Assembly (NCBI GenBank): GCA_024704765.1
Contig: JAKMXF010000111.1
Location: 310,001-374,000 of the forward strand
Source of the DNA: Oopsacas minuta
Lineage: Eukaryota > Animalia > Porifera
Reading direction: 5' to 3'
Length of the DNA stretch: 64,000 nucleotides
The notes below the pieces were generated by a model. The model saw only the letters and a list, made by a program, of their open reading frames with translations. It was not told where the DNA came from and made no database searches. How positions within the stretch are numbered: the first letter of the stretch is position 1; each line of letters starts with the position of its first letter. Positions 46,101 through 58,273 of this stretch are shown here, piece after piece. The translations under genes were made by a program, and so were the position numbers.

Positions 46101-48785
46101 CATCACTATCCGCTGATACGGATTTCTTCACCGGGTTTAGTTCATTACTCGTAACAACAGATAAATCAGGCTACTATAGCTGTAACGTCACAGAAAATGG
46201 CATCAATAAGATGTATACTATTGCCGTTATGAATCCATATGTGTATACAGGTGTGTTGCATTAGTTTTCACAGGTAAATGTATATCAGCTGATATTTGTA
46301 TTATTGCTAGTTGTTGAGGTTGCTGATTCATACTCATACACTGTGGGGATAGACAAAGAGGTTGCATTTCTATTCTGTCACCCATCAGGCAATTCAATCC
46401 CATTTCAAGATTATGGTTGGAGAGAGTTTGGCTCTACTGTGAGAACTCAGAACCCTCTAGACATTGCAGACATTCCTGACGACGGAGACACCCATGCAAT
46501 GGGATGTTTTGATTCGTTGGAAAATTCAGCAATATTTTCAGTTGATGTAATTATTCAAGGTTTGTGTATTGCTTGTATAATGCATACCAAACTAGTGTGC
46601 TCTTATCAGCTTTATCTCCATTGTATACATTTCCAAATGATTATATATTCTTTCAACAGGCCCACTCGTCATAACATTGGAAACTGGAAATGTCGTATCA
46701 TTCAGTCAGGTGTTTCCTTACATGAATACGGTATATGTTAATCATCAAGAGAGTTTGGTTCGTCTTCAAGCCAACGTAGATGGTTCATGGTCGTGGCCTG
46801 GTGGAGCTGATGATGCTAGAACATTAGATGTATCTCCTTTTCAAATAAATACACAGGGATTGTATACCTTCTTCATTGATAATTGGGAGAAAGAAAGCGT
46901 AGCAGTTATGCAAATCTTCATTACTTGTGAGTATTTACATATTATTTGGAATATAATTTAGTTTCTAATGTATTTACCCTAAAAAGCACAAAGCTTTGTT
47001 GTTGTTTTGTTAGAGATTTGATTAGCCAACTTAAACCAATCAAATACTTGCCAAGCATCCAATGGAATGGAATGTATGGGAAAGTTCGATTTGTAAAAAT
47101 TCAGTAAATTTGAAGGGAAAAAATAGTATAATTTGCATAAATAATAGAAATTCAGGTTTTCTAGGAAAATATCAGGAAAACAGTCACAAGGGGTCGAAAT
47201 TATTCTTAATAACAACAGGTGCGGACAGCCCAAGCACATTTGTATACTCGAAATTGGCTGTGAAGTTTCTCCCTTAATATTTGCATATTTATTTGGCAAT
47301 ACTCATTTAGCATATCAATTCGGAGAGAAGATCGATCCAACTAATTACAATAGATTAGAAGCAAATTCTATTCTGACTAGCAACACAGATCTCTACTGCA
47401 TAAATGGTGAAGTTACCTGGAGCTACACAGATCTAGCTGGTATTTGTGAACTTAAAACTGGTACAACTGATACCACGGGAGCTAGTGTATTGTCAGCTGG
47501 GTTAGACAATCCAGGTTACTACAGCTGTGAAGTGATACAAGATGACGTCAGCAATACATATACTGTAGCTGTTCTGGATACAACTCTGTTACAAGGTTAG
47601 AAATTCTCACCTTAATTAAATATCTGAATCGATCTATCTATCCTATTTAGTAATTGAGACATCGGAATCTTACCAATACACAATTGGAGTTGACAATGAA
47701 GATATATTTCTATTCTGTCACAAACCTGACAACTCAATTTCATCTTCTGACATCGTTTGGATGAAGAATGACTCATTTGCTCGTTTTAAGAATCCTCTAG
47801 ATGTATTTGCAGTTGGAAATCTGTTTAAATACACAGACACCTATCTTATAGAATGTCTAGATCAAACCAGTGAAAGTATTTTGAGTGCTAATATCTCTAT
47901 GCAAGGTTTGAGCTATAGAATTCACAAAAATATACTTACTGTCACTTTATAATAATTGCTGTCACTCCACAGGGCCACCTGTCATAAGCGTGGATACAGG
48001 GACAGTACGATCATTCGAGTCTCTCACTCCTGACGGAAACATAGCTTATATTATCGATGAGACACGGAATGTAGTTATAACAGCCAATCTTGTTGGAAAG
48101 TGGCAGAGACCTGATGATACTCATGTTTCTGACAATTCAATTACTTTCTTATCATTTGATGAATCAGACGTAGGCGTATACAAGTTCTATGTAACAGATT
48201 GGTACAATGAACAGAAGCTAGCTATTCAAATCCAACTCTCTCTCTCAGGTGAGTACTGTTAATGGAGATATTTTAGTTAACATTCATTTATGTGTTTGTA
48301 TTTGTTCTCTAGCAACCTACCTACAGTCAGTAACAGATCTATCAACTGTAACATCCAGTGAAAGCTCCATTCTTGTTACCTGGAGTTTGTTATCAGAACA
48401 GACTACCCTCTCTGATGAGAAATTCTCAATTTACTACGGATACGAAGATATAGAATATTTCGCTGGTACAACTGACAGACTCTACTTCAACATTAATGGA
48501 TTAACTCTCAACTTCAACTATACTATCCGTGTAGACCTACAGTTCGCATATTCTACAGAAACATATTCAGAGACTGTTCATCATTTCCTAACAATTCCAG
48601 ATATCACTGAGCCTACAACAATCCTCCAATTATTCACAAATAATGTTTATGCTCAAGAAGGTGTCTTAATCGCAGTAATAGTATTCTTATTGCTCGTTAT
48701 TGCTGCGATTTTAGCTGTTGCAATAATTGCAGTGTTCTGTATCAAGAGATATCTCGCTAGGAATTCGGCTAAAAGTCAAATCTGA
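37114..48785 (+). CDS. Giant C-type lectin / Ig-like-repeat / FN3 type-I membrane receptor, 24 exons, about 2,270 aa
   Basis: Exons: signal 37114-37177; CTLD 38065-38472; IgA 38537-38827, 39000-39302; CTLD 39855-40283. Triads A/B/C: 40400-40710/40781-41020/41089-41364; 41444-41731/42194-42442/42762-43022; 43178-43474/43556-43789/44130-44399; 44459-44716/44880-45125/45284-45553; 45948-46250/46311-46559/46660-46926; 47311-47595/47651-47905/47973-48248. FN3+TM+tail 48313-48785. All GT-AG and phase 1. Every internal exon is 3n long except 40400-40710 (311 nt; one G short at 40587-40590). Confidence 0.88.
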
Positions 48786-48926
48786 TAATTACAAGACTAA
48801 CTCCCTCTCTGACTGTTAATCTACTATATCCTATTTACTCTCCTATACTCATAAACTCTTTTAACTTTCTTTCATTTCTTTTTTCTTGTAAGTATTATTT
48901 TCCCCAATCTGTTAGCTGTTGTTGTA

Positions 48927-49021
48927 CGGTAGAAACTCGTTAATGCGAATTTCCAGATAAGACATACAAACAATAGTCGGTATTACTGTCTGTTGATATT
49001 CGTATTAACGATGTTACACTG
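48927..49021 (+). mobile_element. pogo-type MITE, deleted copy of the 34564 family
   Basis: CGGTAGAAACTCGTTAATGCGAA / TTCGTATTAACGATGTTACACTG. Confidence 0.7.
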
Positions 49022-49177
49022 TTTAGTAGTTTGTGATATTTTTAATATTTTGAAATATGTTTAATTAAAAAAATTCAGTAATCAACAATTGAAAATCAGA
49101 AATATACATAAAGTCTCAAAAAGATAGCAAAACATTGCAAATAAACAAATATTTACACAAATATAATAAATGTAAAG

Positions 49178-49485
49178 TTAGAACAAAATTTTATTTAAGT
49201 AAAATGAATTCTTTTCCAAAACAGAATCAGCAAAACAAACTTTCTTTTCTCCAACAAAATATCCAATATAGTAAGCCCTATGTACCAAATCACCAATAAG
49301 CCAATCAAATCCTGCCCCCTCTTGTCCAATGAAGCCCGTGGTACAATACTCTCCCTCTTTGGAGATAATATATATAGAAGGAGGGATTTTTAATTCATTT
49401 GTTCCAGCGAACTTAAATGGCACATCTGGGAGATTATTTGGATCACAATTTGGTATCAGATATCCATCCTCTGTTTGCACAGCAC
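49178..49485 (-). CDS. Pepsin-family (A1) aspartic protease, final exon only
   Basis: Acceptor CTTTAG|GT at 49485; C..NLPDVPFKF, YII...CTTGFIG, WLIGDLVHRAYY, KVCFA match the A1 C-terminal lobe end. DTG/DSG-containing exons not found in the window. Confidence 0.7.
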
Positions 49486-50479
49486 CTAAAGCATGTATGG
49501 AATGTGAATAGATATGATTTTAACACTTTCAATAATAGCGTACTTAGAGAAAAGGTTGTTCGCCAATGTTTTGTGCTCTTTCAGTCATCAAAATGACAAC
49601 TATATGTAGTATGTGTATGTGTGTGGATATTAGAATACTCTCAGGGCGAGGGATATATTGTTATGATTTATGGTATATCTGTAAATATTTTCTGACATAG
49701 AATATCACAGAAAAATGAGTTTACCAAGGTTAGGAACCATTGTCTCATAGCTTCGTTATAACGAGACTTTACTATATTATGTGTAATTGAATCTATTCGC
49801 ATAAGAACAGTGTCTAATAATATTTGAGATATATTTAGACACACATTATATGATACGGATACTTGTAATAGATATATTATACTCTATACACACAATATGT
49901 ATAAGCTTCTGTATATAGTTCTATATTATCAGAACGATGGAAATGATGTATAAAGTTAAAGGGGGAATTTATCGAAACATTTGATAATCAATTATGATAA
50001 GTATAGGTTTATTATATGAATTATGAAAAAAAGTCTCATTATTTATTGAACAACCCTTGTATATATCGTACTCTTGCTGCAAGTCGAGCGTTACACCTCC
50101 AATGTGCATTACAGGTTGGAAGTTGTTCCGTATAGAACCAAAGAAGGAGTATTTTGAGGTGGTTCTTCTGTTTCTGGCTCGGAAATGAATTTTGAGATTG
50201 GAGAAGTTGTTCCACTGTTGGTGGAACAACGTCTCCGTCACATCTCGGATTTGCTCGTTCAGCTCTTTGTCGACCACAGCCGCCAGTAGAGGTAATTTAA
50301 CCCTCTCAGTTAACTTTTCCAAGAGTTTGGTATAGCTCTCATTGGGGCGCTCTAGCGCCCCAATATATTCAACGCAATAGTGTATTCATAAGAGAAGGTG
50401 ATATATTCGACAAATTAAATATTGGTATTTTGATATTATGGTATAAATACACGTATGTATTGAGATCAACCATTGAAGT

Positions 50480-50960
50480 TATAAAATTCCTATACGAAGT
50501 GTGTGATAGTTATCTGATAAATAAAAGGTAATTACCTGTTGAAATCCAAATAACACAATTTAGAAGCATCTAACGCATTAATTGACATTAATATTTCAAG
50601 ATTTGTATTAGAAAAACGTTTGCCAAGTTCTCTTATGATCATTGGAATAGCATCTGCTTTAAAAGACTGGCCAGAACTCATGCCCTCGAACTTGGCTCTG
50701 ACACCTTCGATCGAAAAGAGAATTTTCATAGTCAATTTATCTTCCGATCATAGAACACACTAATTTGGAATCTGTTAACCACATTTCCTAGTGATATCTC
50801 AAGTAGTAATTGTTTATAGCCAATATTTCTCCAGCAATTCGTGTCCACTTGATTGAATTTTCTTGCATAGCTAAGTTCAAACCTATGCATTATAGATAAC
50901 ACCTCATGAAAACACCAAAGAGATTATAAAGTTACCAGAATTGGTAGAATCATACTTTCA
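50480..50960 (-). mobile_element. Degraded hAT (ZMYM1-like) transposase fragment
   Basis: IIRELGKRFSNTNLEILMSINALDASKLCYLD resembles the ELxxRF...L..S..AL segment of such transposases; frameshifts upstream. Confidence 0.4.
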
Positions 50961-53900
50961 ACGACTATACTGGGGTAATCGAGTATGCTGAGTCTGAATA
51001 TTGTAAACAACATCAATATTATTAAATCTCAATTGTTGTTTGTTTGTTTGTTTGTCCGTTGAATACCTCGAGGCGCAATGCGCCAAGTTCATCATGAGGC
51101 GGCGAGCCAAAGGCTCGTACATTTTAATATTCGTAGATTATAATGTGTGCGTTAGATTTCATTGAGATAGTTAGCTTTAGATTTAGATATTCTCAGTTTA
51201 TTAGATTTCCGTGTAGATTAGCTGATATTATTCATGCTCTTTAGTTATATCTTGTAATTTGATTAAACTAGTCTCACCAATTCTAAGTTTTTGGTATAAG
51301 TACGTAGTGTTATTAACAAAATGACAGTTATTATATTCTCGTGAAATAACTCGAAAGCCCTTCTGCCATACTTTTTGGAAAGCAATGAATATTTTTTATA
51401 TATATGTAAATGGCATATTGTATTACTTCGAGAACCAACATGAGTATATTTTGAATAAGAGTTTATGAGTCCTGACCAAGTACAAGTATACAAGGATAGT
51501 ATTGCTTGAAAGTGCTTGAAGTTCATCAATTTGGGACAGAAATCCAAGTTCAGAATTGGCCGTCTTATCCATTCATAGCAAATGTAAAGCCCACCATATT
51601 TACCAACACGAATGACACGATGCGATTTTCTGTATCCAACACTTGTATGTTAGTCTAAATACTAGCCATTGGAAACTTGGAAATATGTCTTGTGTGAAGC
51701 ATTAAGCTTATGATTTGGTGCATACCTGCCTACCACACTCACAAACATGTAACTCAATTTTATTGTATATCCTATTTCAGTACCAAATGAATCAAAAATG
51801 CTGTCAGCAATAATATTATTGAAACATTCGTAGTGTGATTATTACTTATATACTGTGTGAGGCTAGCAATGTGGAAATAGCTTACAGAAAAATTGAACAG
51901 CTTTAGTGAATGTCTTCAGCAAACATAATCTTCAAAGAGGATTCTAAATATGAGAGGGATGCAACATAACTTTATACATCTGTAATAAAATCACTTACGG
52001 CAAGTACATCCCTTCTTCTGAATAGTTATTAATTACATATAATCTTACAATTTGGAATACATACTTCTAGTATGTATGTATAACTACTAGAGGGCGCAAA
52101 CCCAGTCCGAGTTCGAGTCCCATTTGGCTGAGGCTTAGTTTGAGCTTCTGCCTTCGTGCCGGGCTTGGGACCACACCTGTCATTAAATTTTGAAATAATA
52201 TGGTTTAATTCCATATAATAAATTCAATTCATTGATTAAATTTGTATTCAAACTTCCTGATTGTACTATTGCGTGGTAGAATTACTACCTCTATTACTGG
52301 TACCATTTTATACGAGCGTGAAGTTAGCAGCGAGCTAACAGCGAGAAATCGAGCACACTTTGAATCGGTATATTTTTGTTACCATGGGGTGCAGAGAGGT
52401 GCCATTTGGAGGATACCAATACTATGCTAGGTAGTTTAGACAATTTGTTAATTAACACAGGTAAACAAATGATGTAATATAAGAAGTAGGAAAATAATGG
52501 CACAAAGAGTTCAGGTCTACTTTACTAATTTTTCACTTGCTAATGTGCTAGATAACATGCTACTTGATGACTTATCCCTAGCTAACGTTATTGATTTTGA
52601 AGTAAGTACTTGCTAATTGTAGCTAGTAGAATCTAATTCAGATTCTTTGTTCCGAAAATTCACTTTATCTTCTGAATGAACTTTTGTCACTGGTTGAAAA
52701 TGACTTAATTAGAGACGAAGATATATCCTCTTTTCTGTTAACGGGTGTACATCTTTCTTATCGTTGAATCCATAAGCCGAATATTTATTCCAACAGCAGT
52801 TCCAATCTTTATATAGGAATATGTCAGTTTTGAGCAATCGTACTGCTAAAATAACACCAGGTCGATACCCACAGTAGCTTTGAATGGCTATCCGTAGGCT
52901 TTAGGGTCTTGGGTACATTTAAAGCGCATAAAATGTATTATGTATCTATGGGTTATTGCGTATAACTAGTTGATTGACAGCAAAATATTATTGGTATGGC
53001 TTCTATTTTTTGAGTTATGGTGACGTAATCACAATTTGTGAAACATGTAAACCAGCATAAATCTATTTAGGTTGGAGTTAGGGGTATACAATATATTATT
53101 TACTTATGGGTTAATCACTATTTAAAGTAGATTGGCCAGATATAGTATTTTATATGGCTTCTATTTTCCTTGTTATGATGACGTAAGCAAATTTATAAAA
53201 GTTAAATTCCGGAAATATGTGTTATTTGAGTTATTTAGATAAAGTGTTCACACTAAAATCATTTGCCAAGGGGTAAAGTGTTTAGATTGTAAATTTAACG
53301 TTCTTTTTGCTGTATTATTACGGCAATAGCAATTTTAGCAAAGAAACGAATATAATTGAAATTTAAATTAGTCGGGTAACTTGGACGTTTTTGCGTGTTC
53401 TTAATACCCGACGGTTAATTATCCTTTAAATTTAAATAAAACTATTGTAGCCTTATTTCGATCCAAGTGTTTGGTCCTGTCATAAACTCCTCAGTTACCT
53501 CGCCTTTTCCGCAATACACGTCAGATAGATCAGTGTTAATTAACGTTTGCGCCACTGGGGATAGGTCGTTGTGGGTCGCGTTTCTATTATCTGGGCTCGC
53601 CGTGATTGGGCTTGCGCAGCCTGAATAGCCTCGGACAGAGGTCCCCACAAGTTTTGATGTACCTTGTCATTGAGCGTTTGTGAAACTATTTGTGTGGAAG
53701 TTGAAGAATGAAGGCAAGACGCTACTCAAATATTAACGAATTAAATAATATGTCTCTTGATCGTTAGTCTGGTGAAGCAAATTTGCACCTTTCAGCCTGT
53801 GGGTGTGTCCGATTCCTCCACATTACTACACCTATAAGAATATTACTAAACCTTTCAGAACTGGACAGACACATCATTACGCTTACTGAAAGCATCACGT

Positions 53901-55068
53901 TCATACTTCAATTAGCTGAATTTCTCCGAATTTAGGAGAATTCGCCATCTGAAAGATCAAATATCTGGATGAAGGAATCGACTACCGTTCTGATTGATGG
54001 TTGAGAGAGAAGAAAATCAAATGCTTCCTAGTTATGCATTTAGAATTTAAAATATTTGCTAGAAATTTAGTAAAATAAAGTAGTATAATATGAATTGCTT
54101 AAATTCTGAAGTACTTAAAAATTAACGGGTCGCTCTAATAAAAATGCTTGGTGTTCATTTGCGGGAAGTTGCGGGAGGCTGGATTTAGTTCTAAATTACA
54201 GATAATATCATGACAAATCACCCTAAAACTTTATATTACCTGGCCACGACTGGCCACAGTGAGTTTGAGTCGATTTGTAGTTGTTATTATTTGTATTATT
54301 AACATGGCTGTTGTTGCTCATAATCGAACCATCTGAATAGAATTCAAAACTCGCCAATAACTTAGCGAAAAGCCATAAATCAGTATCAAAATGAGGCAGT
54401 ATAAAATTCCCTGAATTTTCTTAACTCTATGAAACACTTAGGCGCCGTTGCAGGGGGACAGAGGAGCCTGCCCACCCTTGGAAAAGTTTTTGAAGGCTGG
54501 GTCTATCTCGCCCCAGGATGCCAGGGGCTTGGTCTTGCTCCATCTCCCAAGATTTTCACAAAAATTCGAAATTCTACGCCTATGATAAAACGAAACATCT
54601 TTAAAACATATATCGAAAATACACTTGCTCCAAAGATAGCTATTTTCAATAGAGAAGTTAGCCATACATCTATACAAGCAGATCCTACACTATACCAATG
54701 GAATAAAGATTCATCATAGATATTTACCTCATGGATATAATGGATAATGAATAGGCCTGTTGTGACTGATAAGTCGATTCTTATAAATAGAAATAGGAAG
54801 AGAGATATCGAGAAATATGCGAGATAAACACGAGGACAGATATTTTGGGGGCTTTATTCATTATAATTTAGAGTTTTAACAGAGTGATCAGGTTACAGAG
54901 CTTATACTTGATTCAGGCTGTTAGCTGTAAGTTATGTTTAGTTACAATTATGGCTCATTCAATTACGTTAATTCATGAATATAGTTAAAGCTAATGACAA
55001 GATAACTAAGTGAATATTAACAAATTACAGTATAGTATAGTATGCTATGACACTAATGCTTGGAGTAT

Positions 55069-56325
55069 TCAGAAAGCTAGGAGATTAAATTTCTTGTTCC
55101 TTTGAGCTACAATAATTTTATTCTTTTTGTCAATAGCTACTCCATAGGGATAATTGAACTTTTGATCTCCTGGTAGCATATCACTACTAATAGTGTGTAG
55201 GACTTCTCCTTTATTGGAGAATATCTTGATTTGATTTCCTCCCCAATCCGCTACGATAATATTCCCCACTTGATCAATTGAGAAGAAATAATTCCAAATA
55301 ATCTCACGTTTTCCTATCAAACACCTTACTAGCTCTCCTTCTAGAGAGAATATTTGTAGATGGAAAGGGGGATAGTAACCAAACATGACATACATGTTAT
55401 CTTCGTACAGTTTTATGCTATCTGTTTCTGTATCGGATTTAACTTGAGTAGTTTTGAGTTTGATTCTTTTCAGGAATTTGAGATCTTCATCAAACACGAT
55501 TACTGATTTGTTCTTAAGCTCACATCCATAAACATTCATGTCTCTATCAATGTCAACTCCCCAGACTCTTCTCTCTGTTTTAACCGATTTGATAGACTCA
55601 TGGCTTGACTTTTCTATCTTTACTAGCTCATCTTTAGCAGATACGAAAATGAATTCATTCATTAGAGCTATTCCAATAGGCCATTGAGGTGTTGGTATTT
55701 TGTAGAGATGGTTACCTTCTCCATCGAATACTTGTATTATGTTAGCGCCATTATCAGCAACAAATATATTCTGTGTTTTGTTGTCAATTGCTATTTGCCT
55801 GGGATTAGCAATCTCACCAGAACCTGTCCCTTCTCGAAACCAGAGAGGGCACAATTTCACAGAATTGTCAACTGGTATTATAGGTCTCTCCTTCTGTGCC
55901 ACAACCTTACACACATCAATCACTGATTGTTCCAGCTGTTCCATCTTCCAGTCCAACTCTACCCACCCCACATTCACACTCCTTGCTACCTCCTCTCTGA
56001 TCTCATCTTCTAGCGTTCTTAGATTCTTCTCGAGTACTTGCTTCAATTTGTTCTTTGTCAAGTCCCTCTTTAGTCCTTCTCTGGCTGTGCACAATTGCTG
56101 GAGGAGTTCTCTCTTCTCATTGAACTCTTGTCTCGCTCTCATAACAACCTCATCTATCTCTTTCAACAGACTATGCTCCCTCACTACCAACAGACTGTGT
56201 AACTGCTGGAAGTTACAACTCACTTTCTCTTTCCCTATCTGCACATGGTTAATCAGATCTGTTAGATTCCTCTCTAACTCATCCACACACATCAGTTCTC
56301 CTACTGCTGATACTCGTGTCGCCAT
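55069..56325 (-). CDS. Coiled-coil + NHL-repeat protein (TRIM-NHL-like, no RING/B-box); intronless
   Basis: 418 aa. Heptad-rich N-terminal about 140 aa, then NHL repeats (PRQIAIDNKTQNIFVAD; SIDQVGNIIVADW; YPYGVAIDKKNKIIVA). Confidence 0.9.
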   Translation of the reverse strand: MATRVSAVGELMCVDELERNLTDLINHVQIGKEKVSCNFQQLHSLLVVREHSLLKEIDEVVMRARQEFNEKRELLQQLCTAREGLKRDLTKNKLKQVLEKNLRTLEDEIREEVARSVNVGWVELDWKMEQLEQSVIDVCKVVAQKERPIIPVDNSVKLCPLWFREGTGSGEIANPRQIAIDNKTQNIFVADNGANIIQVFDGEGNHLYKIPTPQWPIGIALMNEFIFVSAKDELVKIEKSSHESIKSVKTERRVWGVDIDRDMNVYGCELKNKSVIVFDEDLKFLKRIKLKTTQVKSDTETDSIKLYEDNMYVMFGYYPPFHLQIFSLEGELVRCLIGKREIIWNYFFSIDQVGNIIVADWGGNQIKIFSNKGEVLHTISSDMLPGDQKFNYPYGVAIDKKNKIIVAQRNKKFNLLAF

Positions 56326-57339
56326 AACTCTTAACTCAAACGTCGAATTTTAACTAGAAATAATATACAATTAAACAAATAAAGAGTGTATTATTTGATA
56401 ATCTAAATAGGCAGACAATTGTTATTAGATAGAATTACATTTCTCTAATTATAGAAGACCTTTCAGATATCTGATTTTACCAATTTAAAGATTTATGGTA
56501 TAAACAATTGCCAAACAACTACCTAACATCAACTCGTACATAATATCAATCCAAATCGAGGGGCTTAAAATCCTCTAATCACCAGCTAGACGCGGGTGTA
56601 TAACTAATACAAGAAATGACTGGGTCCACAAACAATAAGAAACACTCTTAAGACAATATCGATTGTAAAATAGATACTAGTTGACTGGCTCCGGTATAAA
56701 CTGATAAGAGCTATTGTCAGTTCATTTTAGTTTAGTATGATGAGTTTGGAATTTTTCTGCTGAAGAAAACAGAAACAATAAAGTTCAAAGAGTAAGTAAT
56801 CGACTAAACTTGTAGTTACAAACGAGTTTACTCAAAAGCAATTGGAGATAAGTTCTGTGAGTAAATCTCCGGGTAGACAACTGAAAATTGGTGAAGAAGA
56901 TCTTCTCTCTTCTCTTTTGTGAGAGAAAAATCTTTCACAAAATTATCTAAAAGTTTTCAACTCTTCCCTTGTCTTGGTCGGTTCAATTATGACTTTCATA
57001 CATTTTGACAACGGACTGTAAGTTATCAGTTTTTCTGAGAGAAAGTCTTGGAAAGAGTCTTGGATAAACATGATAAATACATAGTTACAATTTAAAAATT
57101 GCATACCGTAAATATTTCCTTGACAACGGACAAGCAAACAAACAGACAAACAAAAACACAATAGAGATTGAAAAATATAGATATGATATACATACAGATA
57201 GATTGCGTTTTAGTAAGGTACATCCTCGCTAATACGAACAGCACTGTTCTGATTAGAATATAATTCGTTCGGATTAGCGAAATCAAATGCACAGAAAACA
57301 ATACTATAGAATCTGGGAGCCTATTCTTTTGAAAGTTGT

Positions 57340-58273
57340 TTATACGATGGAATTGCGTCCAACATATGTAAAAAAGTAATTGTATTAATCCACAGTAGAA
57401 TTGGAGACAATTAGTTATTTGTGAACATTAGGTCTATCTCGGTTGTGTTTGTATTTCATCCAACCGAATAGATTTTCTATAGGGTTCATATCTGGACTTT
57501 GACTTGGCCAATCTAGCTAATTATTTGGCATATTTTCGGCCATCCAAGTCTTGACCCCACGACTAGTATGTTTTGGGTCGTTATCTTGAATCAAAAACCA
57601 CTCTGTGCCATGAAAGACATTGACGTTCTCCAACAAATGCCGCTTCAAAATCTCGACAAAGAATTGTGAATCTAGATTCTATGAAAAATACACAGAGGGA
57701 AGGTACCAAATGAGGAAAACGCAGCCCATCTGCGTACCTTTGCTGAGTGCTTGACTGTTGGTTGATAAATTCTCCTAGGACCTTTACACCACATTCGCAC
57801 TCTACCAGCATGAATCCAGAAACTAACTTCATCTGAAACACAGCATGACACCAATTTCGATCTTTATTCTTTGTAGCTCACTCAATACGTGCCAGTCGAT
57901 TTTTCTCAGTTAGCATTGCCAAACGAATCGGATAGGGCTTTGAATGAACAAGTGATTTTAGACAACGGTAGACAGTTCTTGTGGAGACATTAATGCCACG
58001 TTTCTGGCAGATTTCTTCCGCTATTTCATGCCAGAGTTTTTGCTTATCATTAGACACATATTTGGTACAGGATAAAGCGATTTTCTTCCGTAGATTGTCT
58101 GGCCTACCAGCTCCTCTCTTGTGATTTAATGTTTCCCATTTATTATAACGCTCCTTTATTCTGTAAACAGTCGTCTTGTTTACACCGCACAGATGCGCGA
58201 TTTCAATGGCAGAGTGCTTTCCTCCCTGGAGTAATACTACAACCTTGTTTCTAGTTGCTTCCTGGGCCATCAA
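57340..58273 (-). mobile_element. Tc1-family DDE transposase pseudogene
   Basis: HTH with GAGRP, then across frameshifts FSDEVSF, QDNDPKHTS and DWPSQSPDMNPIENLF. TIRs not identified. Confidence 0.9.

Noticed and set aside
49969-50322. 117-aa ORF as an upstream exon of the aspartic protease
   Set aside because: No DTG/DSG or other A1 motif and no compatible splice donor identified.
51263-51900. Long minus-strand frame with few stops (similar decayed frames at 16400-16880 and 35150-35620)
   Set aside because: Possibly old pseudogenes, but I recognise no family; would need tBLASTx/HHpred.
52095-52125. GTTCGAGTCC resembling a tRNA T-loop/B-box
   Set aside because: No cloverleaf stems or A-box at the right spacing; similar GTTCGA hits at 24361 and 58889 also lack tRNA structure.
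53442-54020. GC-richer segment with gag-like helical peptide (LWGPLSEAIQAAQAQ)
   Set aside because: No zinc knuckle, protease, RT or LTR found; assignment unsupported.
55739-56353. 204-aa plus-strand ORF
   Set aside because: Antisense shadow of the coiled-coil NHL gene; Ser/Leu/Phe-rich with no motif.
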